NCBI RefSeq assembly: GCF_001194135.2
Contig: NC_068999.1
Coordinates: forward strand, 16,689,608-16,753,309
DNA length: 63,702 nt
DNA from: Octopus bimaculoides
Lineage: Eukaryota
Direction: 5' to 3'
The translations under genes and the position numbers were made by a program. Shown piece by piece: positions 39,601 through 52,602 of this stretch (the stretch's first letter is position 1; each line of letters opens with the position of its first letter). The notes beneath the pieces are model-generated. The model did not search any database. It was not told where the DNA came from and worked only from the letters and a program-made list of their open reading frames with translations.

Positions 39601-40914
39601 CAAAGATAATATAATGAGTTCTAGCCTATGCTTACAACATGTAACAAAAGATACCTTTTACACAGAAATACAGTGCTTAAATGAAAAGAAACTAATGATT
39701 TTAAATGAATTCACACTTGAGCAGTACTAATGTATTATGTTGTGACCCTCATAAAAATGTATAATAATCAATTAGCAATGTTCATTAAGCTAGACTGTTG
39801 AAAATAAAATTATAGGTGCGGGGAGAAAAAAACTGAAATAGAATCAGATATAGCAGACTCAGTAAAGGTGATAATTATGGGCTTAGAAAGGAATAATATT
39901 TAACGTGGAAAGGTTGTACGTGCGACCTCAAAGTCAATAAAAGCAAAACAAAATAAAAATGAATTACTAATTGGGGAAATGTTGAAAATAATGGGATACG
40001 GAGGCAGTTTATCAATGTAAAACTTTCAAATGCTAACAAGAGAATACAGGATCCACTATGCAGGATTAAGTAAGATTCAAACACCTTTATTCAGTGTGAG
40101 TGAAAAAAAAGAGCCATTAAAGCAAATTTCATTAAGCAAAAATACAATAAAGAAACTAAAGAAAATGATCAGAAACTATCAAAATGTCAGGTTTGGAAAG
40201 TGTGAAAAGAGTAGAAAAAACTAAATGTCTATCGTTGCATGTAGTGATAAAACAAAGTGAAAAGTAAAGAAGATATCAAAATGAATAGGAAAACAATGAT
40301 TGAGAGATAGAAACAAAACGAAAATTGTTTCCAACAACTTCCACAAACCGAATTGATATTATGGCAGTGAAATATAAAACAAAAATATATATAATATAGA
40401 TGGAAAGAAAATTCAATGATATGCAGATATGATAAATGTGTGGAATTAAAAAGAAACATGATTAGATTGAAGAAAATGTTTGGTGAATGGTCAAACAATT
40501 AAGAAAACTTTTGACCATGAATGTACAAGATTAAAAAAGGATAAAGCCGTAAAGAACACTTCCATAACGACCAAATAGAGATGAGTCTACGATACCATAT
40601 ATTGCAGGAAAATACACTCCATAAATATCATGAGAATGAATAAAAAGTGGCAGCTGGATTTTAACGTCTAATATAAATGAGATAATTATTTACCGAAATC
40701 TTGAGGTAAGTATTGATATTTCATCTATATCTAACACGATGAAACAAGAAAGAAAAGACTCGCGTCAAATTTACCTTGGTAGAATTTAAACATGGTACTA
40801 AAATCGGGATAACAAAATGATGTTATTAAGTTTGCCAATTGACTTTATCTTCTCTACGCTATTAGGTCAGCGAACAATGCTTGGTTACGTACATGCGCAA
40901 GACGGCAACTTCTC

Positions 40915-41950
40915 GGTTCTTTTCATTTGCAACAATGGAAGAAGGCAGATATCAAGGCGAGAAGAACAATGATACAAGTAGAACTACAACACCAAGAGAA
41001 AGAAAGAGGGGCAAGTGTTGTGGAGCTGGTGGTATTTCAGAGCGCCTGGAATAAATGGGACCTCCCCAAAAGAAAGGTCACTATTGGCAGATCTGTGGAA
41101 AATGGAACCTTTACGTGTCTCCTTGCTCCTGTTGGTGATGTATAAAACACTCTCAACATCGGCAAAGCTGCACAAATGGGATTTGGAAGGGAACCAACTG
41201 TGTAGAATTTGCAGAGAAAGCGGCACACAGCCACATATTTCGTCAGGATACAAAATAACAGTGACTCAAGGAAAATACAAGTGGTGTCATGACAAGGTGT
41301 TTGCAATACTCCCTCACACTCTGGATCAGGAAAGGCCCAAGTAACAATATCCACATGGGAAAATAACACTAGCAACCAAGTTTGCAAAAGAGGGAAAAAA
41401 ACAAGTGAGGACTGCAAAAGAAAAAAAAAAGAGTCTACCACATGGGGCCTAATCATGGGATGTGAAAGTAGACAAGGAGAAAAGATTGTAATCTAGTCAA
41501 CCCTGAGGTAAGATGTAATTTGTGATCTGAACAGGCAAAGAAAATATTCATAATCGAGCTTACGTTTCCGTGGGAAGAAGGGTTGGACCAAGCCTTTCAA
41601 TGGAAGCGTTCCAAGTACGAGATTTTTCTGCGGGATTGTAAGGTGAAGGGATGGTAGACATGACAATTTCAAGTCAAGGTTGCGGGTAGAGAATTCTCTG
41701 TAGTTTCAGTATTGAGGATGCGCACAGCCATTAGAATAGGAGGAAAAGTGCGAACGGTGGCTGTGCAAAAGATGGGAGATCCAGCAGAAACAGTCTGTAG
41801 CTTGTTATGGAGCAAGAGAGAGGAGATAAAATAGAACCCAAGAAGAGATGGTGAGCAGTGATCAGGACCCCGCTCAACTGGGAGGCTATTACATTTCAGG
41901 ATAGAAATACCAGATGATCTTTGAATACTGGCTAAGGACATCAATTGTTC
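40915..41950 (+). mobile_element. 3' fragment of a HERO-like (R2 superfamily) RLE LINE
   Basis: QSAWNKWDLPKRK/DLWKMEPLRVSLLL..YKTLSTSAKLHKWDL..LCRICRESGTQPHISSGYK..TQGKYKWCHDKV (CCHC-like knuckle), IIELTFPWEEG..KRSKYE..DCKVKGW (RLE), ..LLWSKREE. Multiple stops and frameshifts. Confidence 0.88.
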
Positions 41951-42651
41951 CAGATAAGACCTACATTCAGTAAGGTGAATAGAAGGCATGTATGTTTTAG
42001 TTGTTATCAATAACATATGTAACAGTAACTTTCATTACTGACAAGTTAGAAATTACGGGAAGTAACGGATAGGAATATATCGAAAACCCGGATTTGAATG
42101 TGATGTGATATTCAATGATATTATGCGCTTACATCTCTCTACATGCTCATGTCAAATACCTCATAGTTACATTTGAGGAAACGATTTGGCCAATTGCATC
42201 AAACGGAGATAGGTCTGATTTATTGACTAACAATTCATAGATTATACCATCTCATTTATATAGACATATCTTTATAGGTATGCAAATCTCATATATGAAA
42301 ATATACTACTATAAATATCTCATGCATATGTAATTAGGTCTTCCAGGTGTTATCTATGTTAGTATATTGCTATAATCATATTATATTATATATATGTTTA
42401 TATATGTTATAGACACACACAAACATGTATATATAAATATATTATTACAGTTGTAAGTGTATCTTAGATAAGGAACTCGTATAAAATAAGATATAACAAT
42501 ATATAAATACATGTTATCATAGGTATTGCTCATGCATTAATATTTATTGATAGTGTTATAAATATTACGTAATTGCATTGTTATACCTGGAAGAGGTACG
42601 TTATGACATATTCTGAGAGAATTAATGTTATTGCTACAAAGTTACAAAGAA

Positions 42652-42652
<1 letters not shown>

Positions 42653-42747
<95 letters not shown>
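42653..42747. repeat. Perfect (TG)n, about 47 units
   Basis: Direct reading. Confidence 0.98.
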
Positions 42748-42749
<2 letters not shown>

Positions 42750-43123
42750 AAGCCATATGATAATTATACATTTCTGAAATACAATGTGGCATCTGTATAC
42801 ATATTCTTTTAGTTATAAAAATATATAAAGACATTGTTATAGTTATAAGGCTAACATACGTGAAGACATACTGTAGTACTTATCTAAATTTCAAACACCT
42901 CCTATATGAAAACATATTGAGTCAATTAAAAGAAGCATATGATGTGTACAATGTGTGCGTAGCAATCGTACATGTTTAGATAATCTGAAATAATGTGTTA
43001 TCAGCCTTCTTCATAGAATATCCTGCTATATTGCACGGTATAGTTTTCCACGTTAAACAACTACGTAGATATACATACATAGACACATACATAAGCGCAC
43101 ACTCACTCACGCACTCGCAGTCA

Positions 43124-43186
<63 letters not shown>

Positions 43187-44539
43187 GTACATAGACGCAC
43201 ACACAAACGCACAGAGACACACCCAAACACATGTACAGAGAGAAAATGAGAGAATGCAGGTGAGAGCGAGAGAGCAGTACAGGGGGAGAGGGAAAGGGGT
43301 ATCTATATGCATAAGCATATATAAGATATGTGTATGCACATTAGCAAAAATGAATATATATGCATATAAATCCATGTATATATGTGTGTGTCTTTGCATA
43401 TATGTGTATGGATATGCATGTGTCTAAAAGAATATGTACATATGCATGTATATACTTGTCTTGTATGTTTATATGTTTACAGTTTTGATGGCATGTGTGT
43501 GTGTTTCTATGTGTGTGTGTATTTGTGTATGTGTGTGTGTTTGTGTAAGGATTCCATTATTAGAATATTAAATTCTCTGTGTCATTTTCTTTCCTCTTCC
43601 TACTCCTTCTCTCTTACATATATTTACCGCCACTCTCACTCTCTTACACTCTCACTTTTGCATTATTTTCCTATCATCTCTTCAAAATACTGTTTATATC
43701 GCCTTATTATATCTTGTTTGCTCTCTCACCCTATTAAATCTTCGAATGTGTGGGTAGTTTTGTTTGTCAGTGAAGTATTAGATGAAGCAGGTTAAGAGTT
43801 CCTTCACACGTCATTACATTATGTTTCGTCCACACCCATCGTTAACATCGTTCTTACAGAAATAATAAGCATAAAGAAGATATGCAAAATATAGTTGTAT
43901 TTTCTATAAAAACAAATACACATTAAATTTGACCCGATACCCTAACTAATTAAGATTAAGAGTAGATATACAGGTAGACACGACACACAACCTACAAACA
44001 TACACATGAACACACATACAAACACTGAAACGTGCATACATACATATATACATACATATATATGTACTTAAATACATGCATACATGAGCATATATAGATA
44101 TGTAAGTATATGCATGAGAATACATGCACAAACAAAACATACACATCTGCACGTATACGTACATACATACATACATACAAATATACCCTGTGGTTGATAC
44201 TGAAATTCCAATGAAGAAGCCATGGATCTAGGTTAGAAACCGGCTCTTTCTCTTTTGGCAAGAAATCTTGAAACAAAACTGAATAAGGACACACATATAG
44301 CTATAATCAGCAATATACAGGTAATGCCAACATAAAGAATGAGCATTGTTTCTCAAATTTTTTTTGCGATGAAGTGTTGTGAAACAAGAAAATCTATTTA
44401 ATCATTGGATTCTTTGATAAAGGTCCACAAATATGTACCACAGTTAAACAAAGAAAAACTACCAGAGCCTATAGTTGAAGGTACCACTCAGTGGGACAGT
44501 ACACGGAACTATGTGGTTAGGATTCATTTGAATTCCAAT

Positions 44540-44740
44540 TTGGGAAAAAGTCCAGCAATTTCTTGGGTGGGAGGTAAGTCGATTGCATTGGATTCAGTGC
44601 TCAACGTGTGCCTATTTCTTTGATCCCGAAAGAATAAATGATAAGGCTGACCTCGACATAATTTGCACTAAAAATATAAAGGCGGGCGAATTACCGCTAA
44701 GCGTTTCATCTAGCGTGCTAAATATTCTGTCAGCTCACCT
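44540..44740 (-). mobile_element. Diverged SINE family A copy
   Basis: GATCCCGAAAG..GACCTCGAC..TACCGCTAAGCGTTTC..GCGTGCTAAATATTCTGTCAGCTCACC matches the reverse complement of the family. Confidence 0.7.
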
Positions 44741-45594
44741 GACATGTGTGTGTGTGTGTACAGAGAGAGAGAGTGAGATAAAAGAAAGAGAAAGAAGGAA
44801 AGAAAAATAAAGGAGAGGGAGAGGAGAGAGTTGTTTTTAAATGGTTGTTCTTGTTTTTTTTTTCTCAGATGATTTTTATTGTATATTTATGGTCTATAGT
44901 TTCACAGGTGTTTGAAGTTAATGACATTTCAAGTTGTCAATGTCGTTTTTCTGGAAACACCTGTCTCTTTTTCTCTGTATATGTCTGTGTAGATGTAATA
45001 TATGGTCAATGAAATTTTGAGCGCTTGGTCAGAGGGAGAAAGAAAAAAAGAAGAGATGTAGAAAGGAAAGAAGGAAAGAAAAACAGAAAGTGTGCTAGAA
45101 AGAAAGACAGGAAGGAGGGCAAGAAAGAAAAATAGAGAAGAAGACAGAAAGAAATGTAAAAGAAAGAAGCGAAAAAGAAAGTGAGAACGGGGCTTCTTTT
45201 AAATTGCATTGTATTCATATGGCTCGCTTGTTGAAGTTAATGACAATCCAAGATGTCAAATTTGTTTTAGTCACTGTTTTGAGACCATCACTCTCTTTCC
45301 CTCCCTCCCTCCTCTCTCTCTCTTTCACTTATGTATATTTTAACATGTGCGTACAAATACACATATACCCACATGTACGCACGCAATACGGAGAAGACAT
45401 ATTGCAATATGTATATACATATACACACACACACACACATCCATTCGCCTATCCACACACACACAGTCACACACACGCACATATAGTTGATATCTTCTTC
45501 AATGTTTACTGTTAATCAAAAATAAACACACACACAGACACACACACACACACACATATATATATTTTATCTTATATTTGTATTGAATTTTTGT

Positions 45595-45730
45595 GAATCT
45601 CTGAAGAGGCCTAGCAAATCATGCATGTACCCCCATTACATCATTTTCATCTGCTAATTACTCCAGCACACAGGAGCTATAGGGATAGAATGGGGCATGC
45701 CAACGCTAGGCCGAAACAGCTGTAAGTTTC
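45595..45730 (+). ncRNA. Type-I hammerhead ribozyme motif (Penelope/retrozyme-like) with enlarged loop II
   Basis: Core CTGAAGA 45601-45607; stem II GGCCTAGC 45608-45615 with GCTAGGCC 45705-45712 (8/8); GAAA 45713-45716; palindromic stem III AC-AGCT-GT; cleavage triplet GTA ending 45724; stem I GAATCT 45595-45600 with AGTTTC 45725-45730 (5/6). Confidence 0.72.
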
Positions 45731-45918
45731 TGTACATTCTCCAATTGCTAAATGTACTTTATATTTGTAACCTTAATTGTTAATATGGCATGGTATGTCA
45801 TAACCATCTGTATATTGTGGTTTTTGTCATTCTAGTTACAAAATAAACGAATTAATTTAATAGAATACACTGTCTGCAAGTCGATGGCTACCGCATATTC
45901 TCATCCATTTTCTTATTG

Positions 45919-45962
<44 letters not shown>

Positions 45963-46030
45963 CAAATTTATAGAAAAACAAAGACGAAGGAAGTGTATTA
46001 GTTTGACGCTCGGGAAAAATCGAAAAGGTT

Positions 46031-46064
46031 TTTTACGTTTCGAGCCTACGCTCTTCAGCAGAAA
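46031..46064 (-). ncRNA. Minimal hammerhead-like motif with variant core, within a ~120-bp PLE-terminus-like element (about 45958-46078) flanked by (TA)n
   Basis: Minus strand TTT-CTGCTGA-A-GAGC-GTAG-GCTC-GAAA-CG-TA-AAA. Stem II 4/4, palindromic ACGT stem III, stem I 3 bp. Core position 6 is C instead of the conserved A. Confidence 0.5.
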
Positions 46065-46321
46065 GGAATAAGCGGAAATATATATATATAGAGAGAGAGA
46101 GGGGGAGAAAGAAAGAAAGAAAGAGATGTATATTCTTATACACACACAGGCACAACACACAAACAAGCCCTAATATAAGATTACCAACAACAATTTAAGA
46201 GACGAAATTCCTGTGTCCTACACAAGGGTAGCTCACTTCTCAACATGATGTGATGAAAGGCTTCAGCATCAATATTGGAAAGGTGATCACAGATATAGAA
46301 GATCGAAATACGATATCCGCT

Positions 46322-46600
46322 TACACTTTATACTCATATACTGGTTTTCGTCATTGGATTGAAGCTATGTTGGGGCTCTTCTTTGCAACGTTTAGTCGAT
46401 CAAATCGAACTGAATACTTATTCTATGTGTCGTACTTAGTATATCAGAATTGTTTTCTCGAACCGCTAAATTATTGGAACGCAGAAAGCCGGCATCGGCC
46501 GGTGTTAGATAAACACATACTCATATACACAGACATCAGGCCTGTCACTGATATTCATTTACAAGGCTTGTGTTAGGCTGGAGTTATAGTAGAAGACACA
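46322..46600 (-). mobile_element. Diverged copy of a third interspersed repeat (SINE-like family C); related fragments at about 34490-34600 and 59975-60062
   Basis: Shared segments GTCATT...TTTAGTCGA...TACTTA (46350-46420 vs 59989-60060) and CGCTAA.TTA..GAACG/GACG (46460-46490 vs 34521-34545). Strand and SINE status are inferred from recall of octopus repeats. Confidence 0.5.
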
Positions 46601-48742
46601 ACACAACAGCAAATCTCTTCTAATTTATATTATATTATATCCTAGGCAAATGTACATTGGGCAGATATATACTGGAAGTCATTCTAGTTTGAGCCTACGA
46701 TAGTAAGACGTGATATCAGTGAAATTGGTTACTGGGTTTTGTGGTTCAAACAGACGCCTAGATACTCCATTGTTGATTAAGTTTACGATCTTTTTATTGT
46801 TGTAAAGTTTTATATGTCAAAGGCATTCCAACTGTGACAAATAATTTTATTTGTTCATCTAGAACTCCGTTATCCAATTTGTCCTCTTCCTTTTTCATTT
46901 GAGAAAAGCTGGATATCTATAAAGGCAAATAAACGCCTTGCGATCTCAACTTTTGGCTCATCTCGCACTCATTTTATTCTCGATGTTGCAGGAAGTAAAC
47001 ACTCTCCTGTCTCATTGGCCAAAACACTTTTATTTAAAACAACCAATTCGTCTAGTACCAAACTGCAACTTAAATCGTATTATAATTCGCTGACGTAAGC
47101 AAGCATTTCACCGTAAAATTTATGAGTGTTTCGTTCTTAGTAGTGCTTTGATAAGGTCATCCTGCGGTAGCATACCACAATATAAACGATAACAAGGCGA
47201 CTTGGACTCAAAAAGGCATGAATTCCCGCCATCTATAAATATATGGCCTTGTGCCAAATTAAGAAGCCATTACTCTATTATTGCTTCTCACAACAAACGA
47301 TATATTCAAAATAATTGACTATTCTCTTTTTTCTTTTGTTGTTGGGAATCTTTATGGAATCCGATATATATTCAATTATATATACTCAAGAGTATAGCCA
47401 ATTTGGAGAAAATTTTATTTAATACCAATAGAAAGCAATAATAAAATCACATAACGGCCGGATTCATTTGGTTCAGTATCTTTCCTTCAAGTAACTTCAT
47501 ATTATATTTAATTACTTGAAATGTAAGTGTTTCATCTATATGTAAATGTTATTATAATATTTATTATCATTAATATTATTTTATTATTATTTATTATGTT
47601 TTCAACAGATTTATGCTAGCTTCTGTTGCCCTATCAAGTGCAAGTCATTGCTTCTGAGGTGTGTTCTACCGCAATGTCGTCGTGGCGTAGAATTGTCTTT
47701 CAATACAAATCAGGGTGATTTTTTGAAGTGAGATTTGGTCTATTAATGCTAGCTTTATTTCCGTTATTTCATTGTATCATCTCTTGTACACAGTATATGC
47801 AAAGTAAATTGTATTTTGTTTTCGTGTACAGGAGGAATGTTTTCCGCATATGTTTGATTGTTGCTGTTTTATATATGTTGTTATATGTAATTAAGTAGAA
47901 TGTGTGTTGGGCTACATTAATATATGATAATGGTTTACACGGTGTTATCGTATTGTGTATCGATACTGTAAGATTATTGTTGCGATCTTTTAATACATGG
48001 CGATTGAGTTGACCATAACATCTTATACAATAGTTCGCAACATTGGGTTATCTCGTAAAGATTACCTGGAGACACAGCAAATAAATTTTGTTCTCTCTGA
48101 AAATGTTGTGTCTATTAGAGAATTTATCTGTAATTATTAGAAAACGTATAGTGAAAGTATACACGCCAGAAAATATTTCTAAAATATAATTCTAGGCATG
48201 GAAGCATATTTGCTGATGAATAGCTCAACAATTGGCTTGACTGAGTTGCATAGTTTTTCTTCCATACTTGTGTTTTACACGGAAATGAATGACGTCAAAT
48301 GGCTGCTATATATTGCAAAACAATTTTGACGACGATCCAATCTATTTCTAGCGTACCCATCACTGTTTTGCTGTATTTTCCATCTTTTATCTTTACTTTT
48401 AATCATGTAGTAACAGCTTAAGTGAAGGAAGTGCTAGTCTGCTTGGTGTTTATACGACATGCATTTACAGCCATGATTTTGAATTCTCGTTGTGGAATTA
48501 GATATAAACAGCGAACAGTAACTCAATAATATAGTCTTTTAGAGACAATTTAATTGTGAGAAAGTGTGCGATTTACTCATAGGAATAAATTTCGTTGATA
48601 TTTTTTTCATTTGCTACAGTCATTTGAATCTCACAGGTTTTTTTAAATTTACTTAATTCGCAGGTTTTAAATGTTTCTATTCTGAATTTAGTATAAGATT
48701 TAAATACTTATAAATCTGACTTTACTAGCTTACGTTACTTAC

Positions 48743-48796
48743 TGTTTTAAACATTTTCCAGTTGTTTCCAAAATATTAATTTTATATTTTGTCGGA
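48743..48796 (-). other. Candidate 54-nt symmetric exon (PTKYKINILETTGKCLK)
   Basis: Minus strand GTAATTTTCAG| and ACA|GTAAGT, with one open frame. Could be chance in AT-rich DNA. Confidence 0.2.
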
Positions 48797-48983
48797 CTGA
48801 AAATTACACCCACTCGCCTACAGATGGATGGGTAAATTTGTGAAAGAGGGACACGACGAAATACGACGCTGAAATAATGAATAACTGAAGAACCATGCTG
48901 CACTAACAAGAATCGGAACGTGAGTGGAAAAGTAGAAGCTGAACAATCTTGCACAAAAAAGAGCAAATTTGAGCTCAGAAAGT

Positions 48984-49090
48984 CTACTACTACTACTACT
49001 ACTATTACCACCACCACTACCAACAACAACACTAATCCTACTACTACTACTACTACTACTACTACTAATAATAATAATAATAATAATAAT
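48984..49090. repeat. Graded (CTA)/(CCA)/(CAA)/(TAA) triplet tract
   Basis: Direct reading. Confidence 0.95.
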
Positions 49091-51049
49091 CGAGAAAGTG
49101 TAATGAACAATTTTATTCATTTTCTTTTTGTTGGCCTATGGATTCTCTTTTGAACTTATACGTAAATTGTATCGTCTTGTCTACACAATGCCTAATGGAT
49201 ATTTGGTGAATGAAATGAATCCTGTAAAATTTTTTTAAAAGATTTCTTGAATACTAGATACTAGACATACCTCCTAGCCAGGCAAAACATTACCATGTTT
49301 CGAAATATTATTGAACTTCACGAAAGCACAAATTGAATCTTTTTGAAAAACGTCACAAGTATTAAAGAACATCACACGAAGTCTCATACTGAATCAGAAA
49401 TTTTAAGAAGCCATACATTGGTGAAAACGTTTTGTTGCCATCGGCTGTTAGACTCATAGATGTTATCCACCGAAATAGAAAAAAATTCCACTGTCAAATG
49501 ATACAGTATGTAAAAGATATGAAGAAAATTTCGCTTATGAATTAAAATAGTATGAAAGTGCATTAAAGTAGTATTAAATTTGGGATTCCGTTTAATGAAT
49601 TGACCGATATTTGAAATGTTGCTTCTCTATTGGTACTTTTTTTCTGAAAAAAAAGTATGCACGAGGATTGTTGATCATTAAATGAACATTCAAAATATGA
49701 AAAAAAAAACATTCCTCAATCGGGACCAATTTTAAGAGTAGGACATAATTCAATCAGTGTTACCAAATAATGTAGGAGATTACTGCGAAAATGACATATT
49801 AAACTGACGTTACATATTCAATCAAAACCTGTTTGCATATTTAGTTTAAGCTTGATAATATGTATAGTCAATGCAAAATAGAGCATATAGAATTAATGGT
49901 TGAAAAATTCTTTAAAACTAAATACATAAACTCAACAAGATATTATTAAGATTACAGACTTCTTTCACAGTTACAGGATATGTGGTCCAAATTCCAGGAA
50001 ACCCTTGCCGCATAAAAAAGTATGATGGCTGGGGGAGGGCCTATCTGTGACATTAGGTAGACTTAAAGTTGATGTAATGCTCCCACAAAAAGAAAAAAAA
50101 ATGAATTCATGTAGAATTCTCTTACAAGAATTAGCAATGCAATCCATCCATATTGCTCCTGCAGAGGACTTAATGATCTGCGGCCCAAAACTAAACAGAA
50201 CAATAATAACAAAGCATCATTGGTACCCTAACAATATGATATTACTCTACCCATATGGTATTACTCGAAATTCAGCTTAATTGAAAAACTTGCAAGCACA
50301 CAAATTTCTGGAGTTCTTTTAAAATTGGAGTTTTCAGCTGTTAGCGATAACAAATACTCATTCCGACCTGATCCCAATGCCGGATATTCAAGGATCAAAT
50401 GAAGGGCAGATGTTTAAGCCTGGGTTCATCCTGTTTCCAAAACGGTATATGTCTATGTAGACTGAGATACATGGGATCCGGATGGACGGGCAGACAGAAT
50501 TTCGAGTTTATTATTATTGAAGGAGCTTAATATGACCGTAGGGTGAGGTGACCATCATCTTTATTTTGAAAAGTAAAACTGGAAGGTTCATGGAGAAATA
50601 ATAATAAACTTGTTGCATTATTCAGTACAAAATGTTAGATTTTAAAATTATTTATAAGCTCATATTTTCTGAGAAAAGAAATTGAATTTTAATTTCGATT
50701 GAACAATTTTGAATTGAGAATTTGATATGTGGAAAGACAGTTCGATCAATAGCCTCTACCAGATATGGATTATTTTGAATTTGACAGAATCAATCCATGG
50801 TATGCTTAAAATATTGCAGAGGTATCGTGCAAATTAAGTTTCAAACTTGAAATTCCAAAAATAACTTGAGCGTGTGCAGATGAGGTTAAAATCAGAATAT
50901 ACAATGTCAACTGAATGAATAGTTGCAGGAAATCTCTTTTCTTTCAAATATATATGTAGTTCTTCAATATCAACATTAATTACTATACATGCAAAATAAT
51001 TTTGTGGAGATGATTTCGAATTGTGTCTTATTATCAAATTATATATCCC

Positions 51050-51180
51050 ACCGAAGTCGATCTTTTTTTTTATCCTCCAGGGTCAATAGAAAAAGTAATA
51101 ATTGTCTACTGGGAATGATATAATCAACTAGTTCCTCCAGCCAAAATTTCAGGCCTTGTGCCTATAGTAGTAAGAATTAT
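51050..51180 (+). mobile_element. 5'-truncated SINE family A fragment
   Basis: CCACCGAAGTCGATC...GGGTCAATAG...CCAAAATTTCAGGCCTTGTGCCTATAGTAG matches the 3' half of 52830-53028. Confidence 0.7.
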
Positions 51181-52602
51181 TACATCATATATATAGAGAA
51201 ATTATTGCTTTCATGTTACTCATTGTACTAAACAGTTTTTATTGGCTGCTAAGTATGTATTTTCAATTCAATTGCTGTTAATTTATAGCAGTTTTCCAGG
51301 ATTAGATGTATTCTTTGTTCATATGAAATTTGTGCTGGTCGCTTCAGAGAACTTTTTCTGTTATTTTTTTCTTTCTACGCTCTGCAGTTGCTTTGGATTG
51401 GACCTGTAATTTAAAACGGGAATACAATTGCATTTATTCTTCTTAAACTGATTGTTAGCTGATTTCATGTATTATCTTCAGTTTTAAATATTTTGATATG
51501 AATAAGATTCATTTTGGTAATCATTGTAAATTTTCTCCTTCAATTTCTGTCTTTATTTCATTCGTTTCATTTACCCTTATATCTTTGCTTGGGCGGTTCT
51601 GGTCAATTTCTTTAAGTTCGGTGCCTGTGTTTAATGATTCCTGTTCAAGTCAATTTGCCTTTATGGTTTTTTTTGCGTGCTTTCTTCTTTTTCTTTTCTT
51701 TTGTAATGTATCAAAATAATATTGACTTCTAACAGAGGCACAAGGTCACATATTTCGGATAAGTTCACTGTAAAGTCGATGGAATCAAAACAGTAAGCGA
51801 TCATATATCAAAGGACTACTACTACCACCACCACCACCACCAGCACTACTACTACTACTACTACTACTACTGCTGCTGCCGCCGTTACATATGTGATCAA
51901 AACGTTTTTTTTTCAATATTTAATACTATATTACACGAATTTCTCAACTTAATATACGGATGTATCAAAGCTCATTTGAACTGTAAAAATATTCCATAGC
52001 ATATTCATAAATGTCTTGCTTAAAAAAAGCCAAACTATAGGAATGTCGTGTATGCTCGATCCTGAACGTTCGAAGACAAAAATATATTGTTTAGATTAGA
52101 TGTGATTGAGCAGAACTATAACAACCGTGAGGTAGTAAATCTTTAACAATTTTAAATATATTTTTACTTTGCATGGCAATACACAGATATTTAATGGAAA
52201 TAAAAAAACATGTTATAAAAGCAGCAGCAACAGCAGCAGTAGTAGTAGTTTGATCCAAGATATTCCAGCTTCTTTTGCGTGTTACCCTATGTAAGCTTTC
52301 TATAGTGAACAGCACATGGAATTATTTCGTAAGAATTTGCTACTACTCCAGTCAGATCAGCTTGAATCTGCTTATGCTTTCTTGTTGATTCGTTTATTAA
52401 AAACAAATCTTAATGCTGCCGACGTATTTCGATTTTATGGGCTCCTCGTTAGCATAGAAGAATCTACGAAGGCATCATACTTCTAGTAGAGCTATAAATC
52501 ATTAAAGCAATCGTAGTAATTGAATCAGTAGTAATAGTAGCAGCAGCAGCTACGAAAACGTCAGACTTGTAGCCATGACAGTATTAATAAGTAATAATAT
52601 TA

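Noticed and set aside
45228-45260. Frame reading VEVNDNPRC, like the cadherin DxNDNxP motif
   Set aside because: No surrounding cadherin repeat sequence, and the open frame is short and runs into a TC tract.
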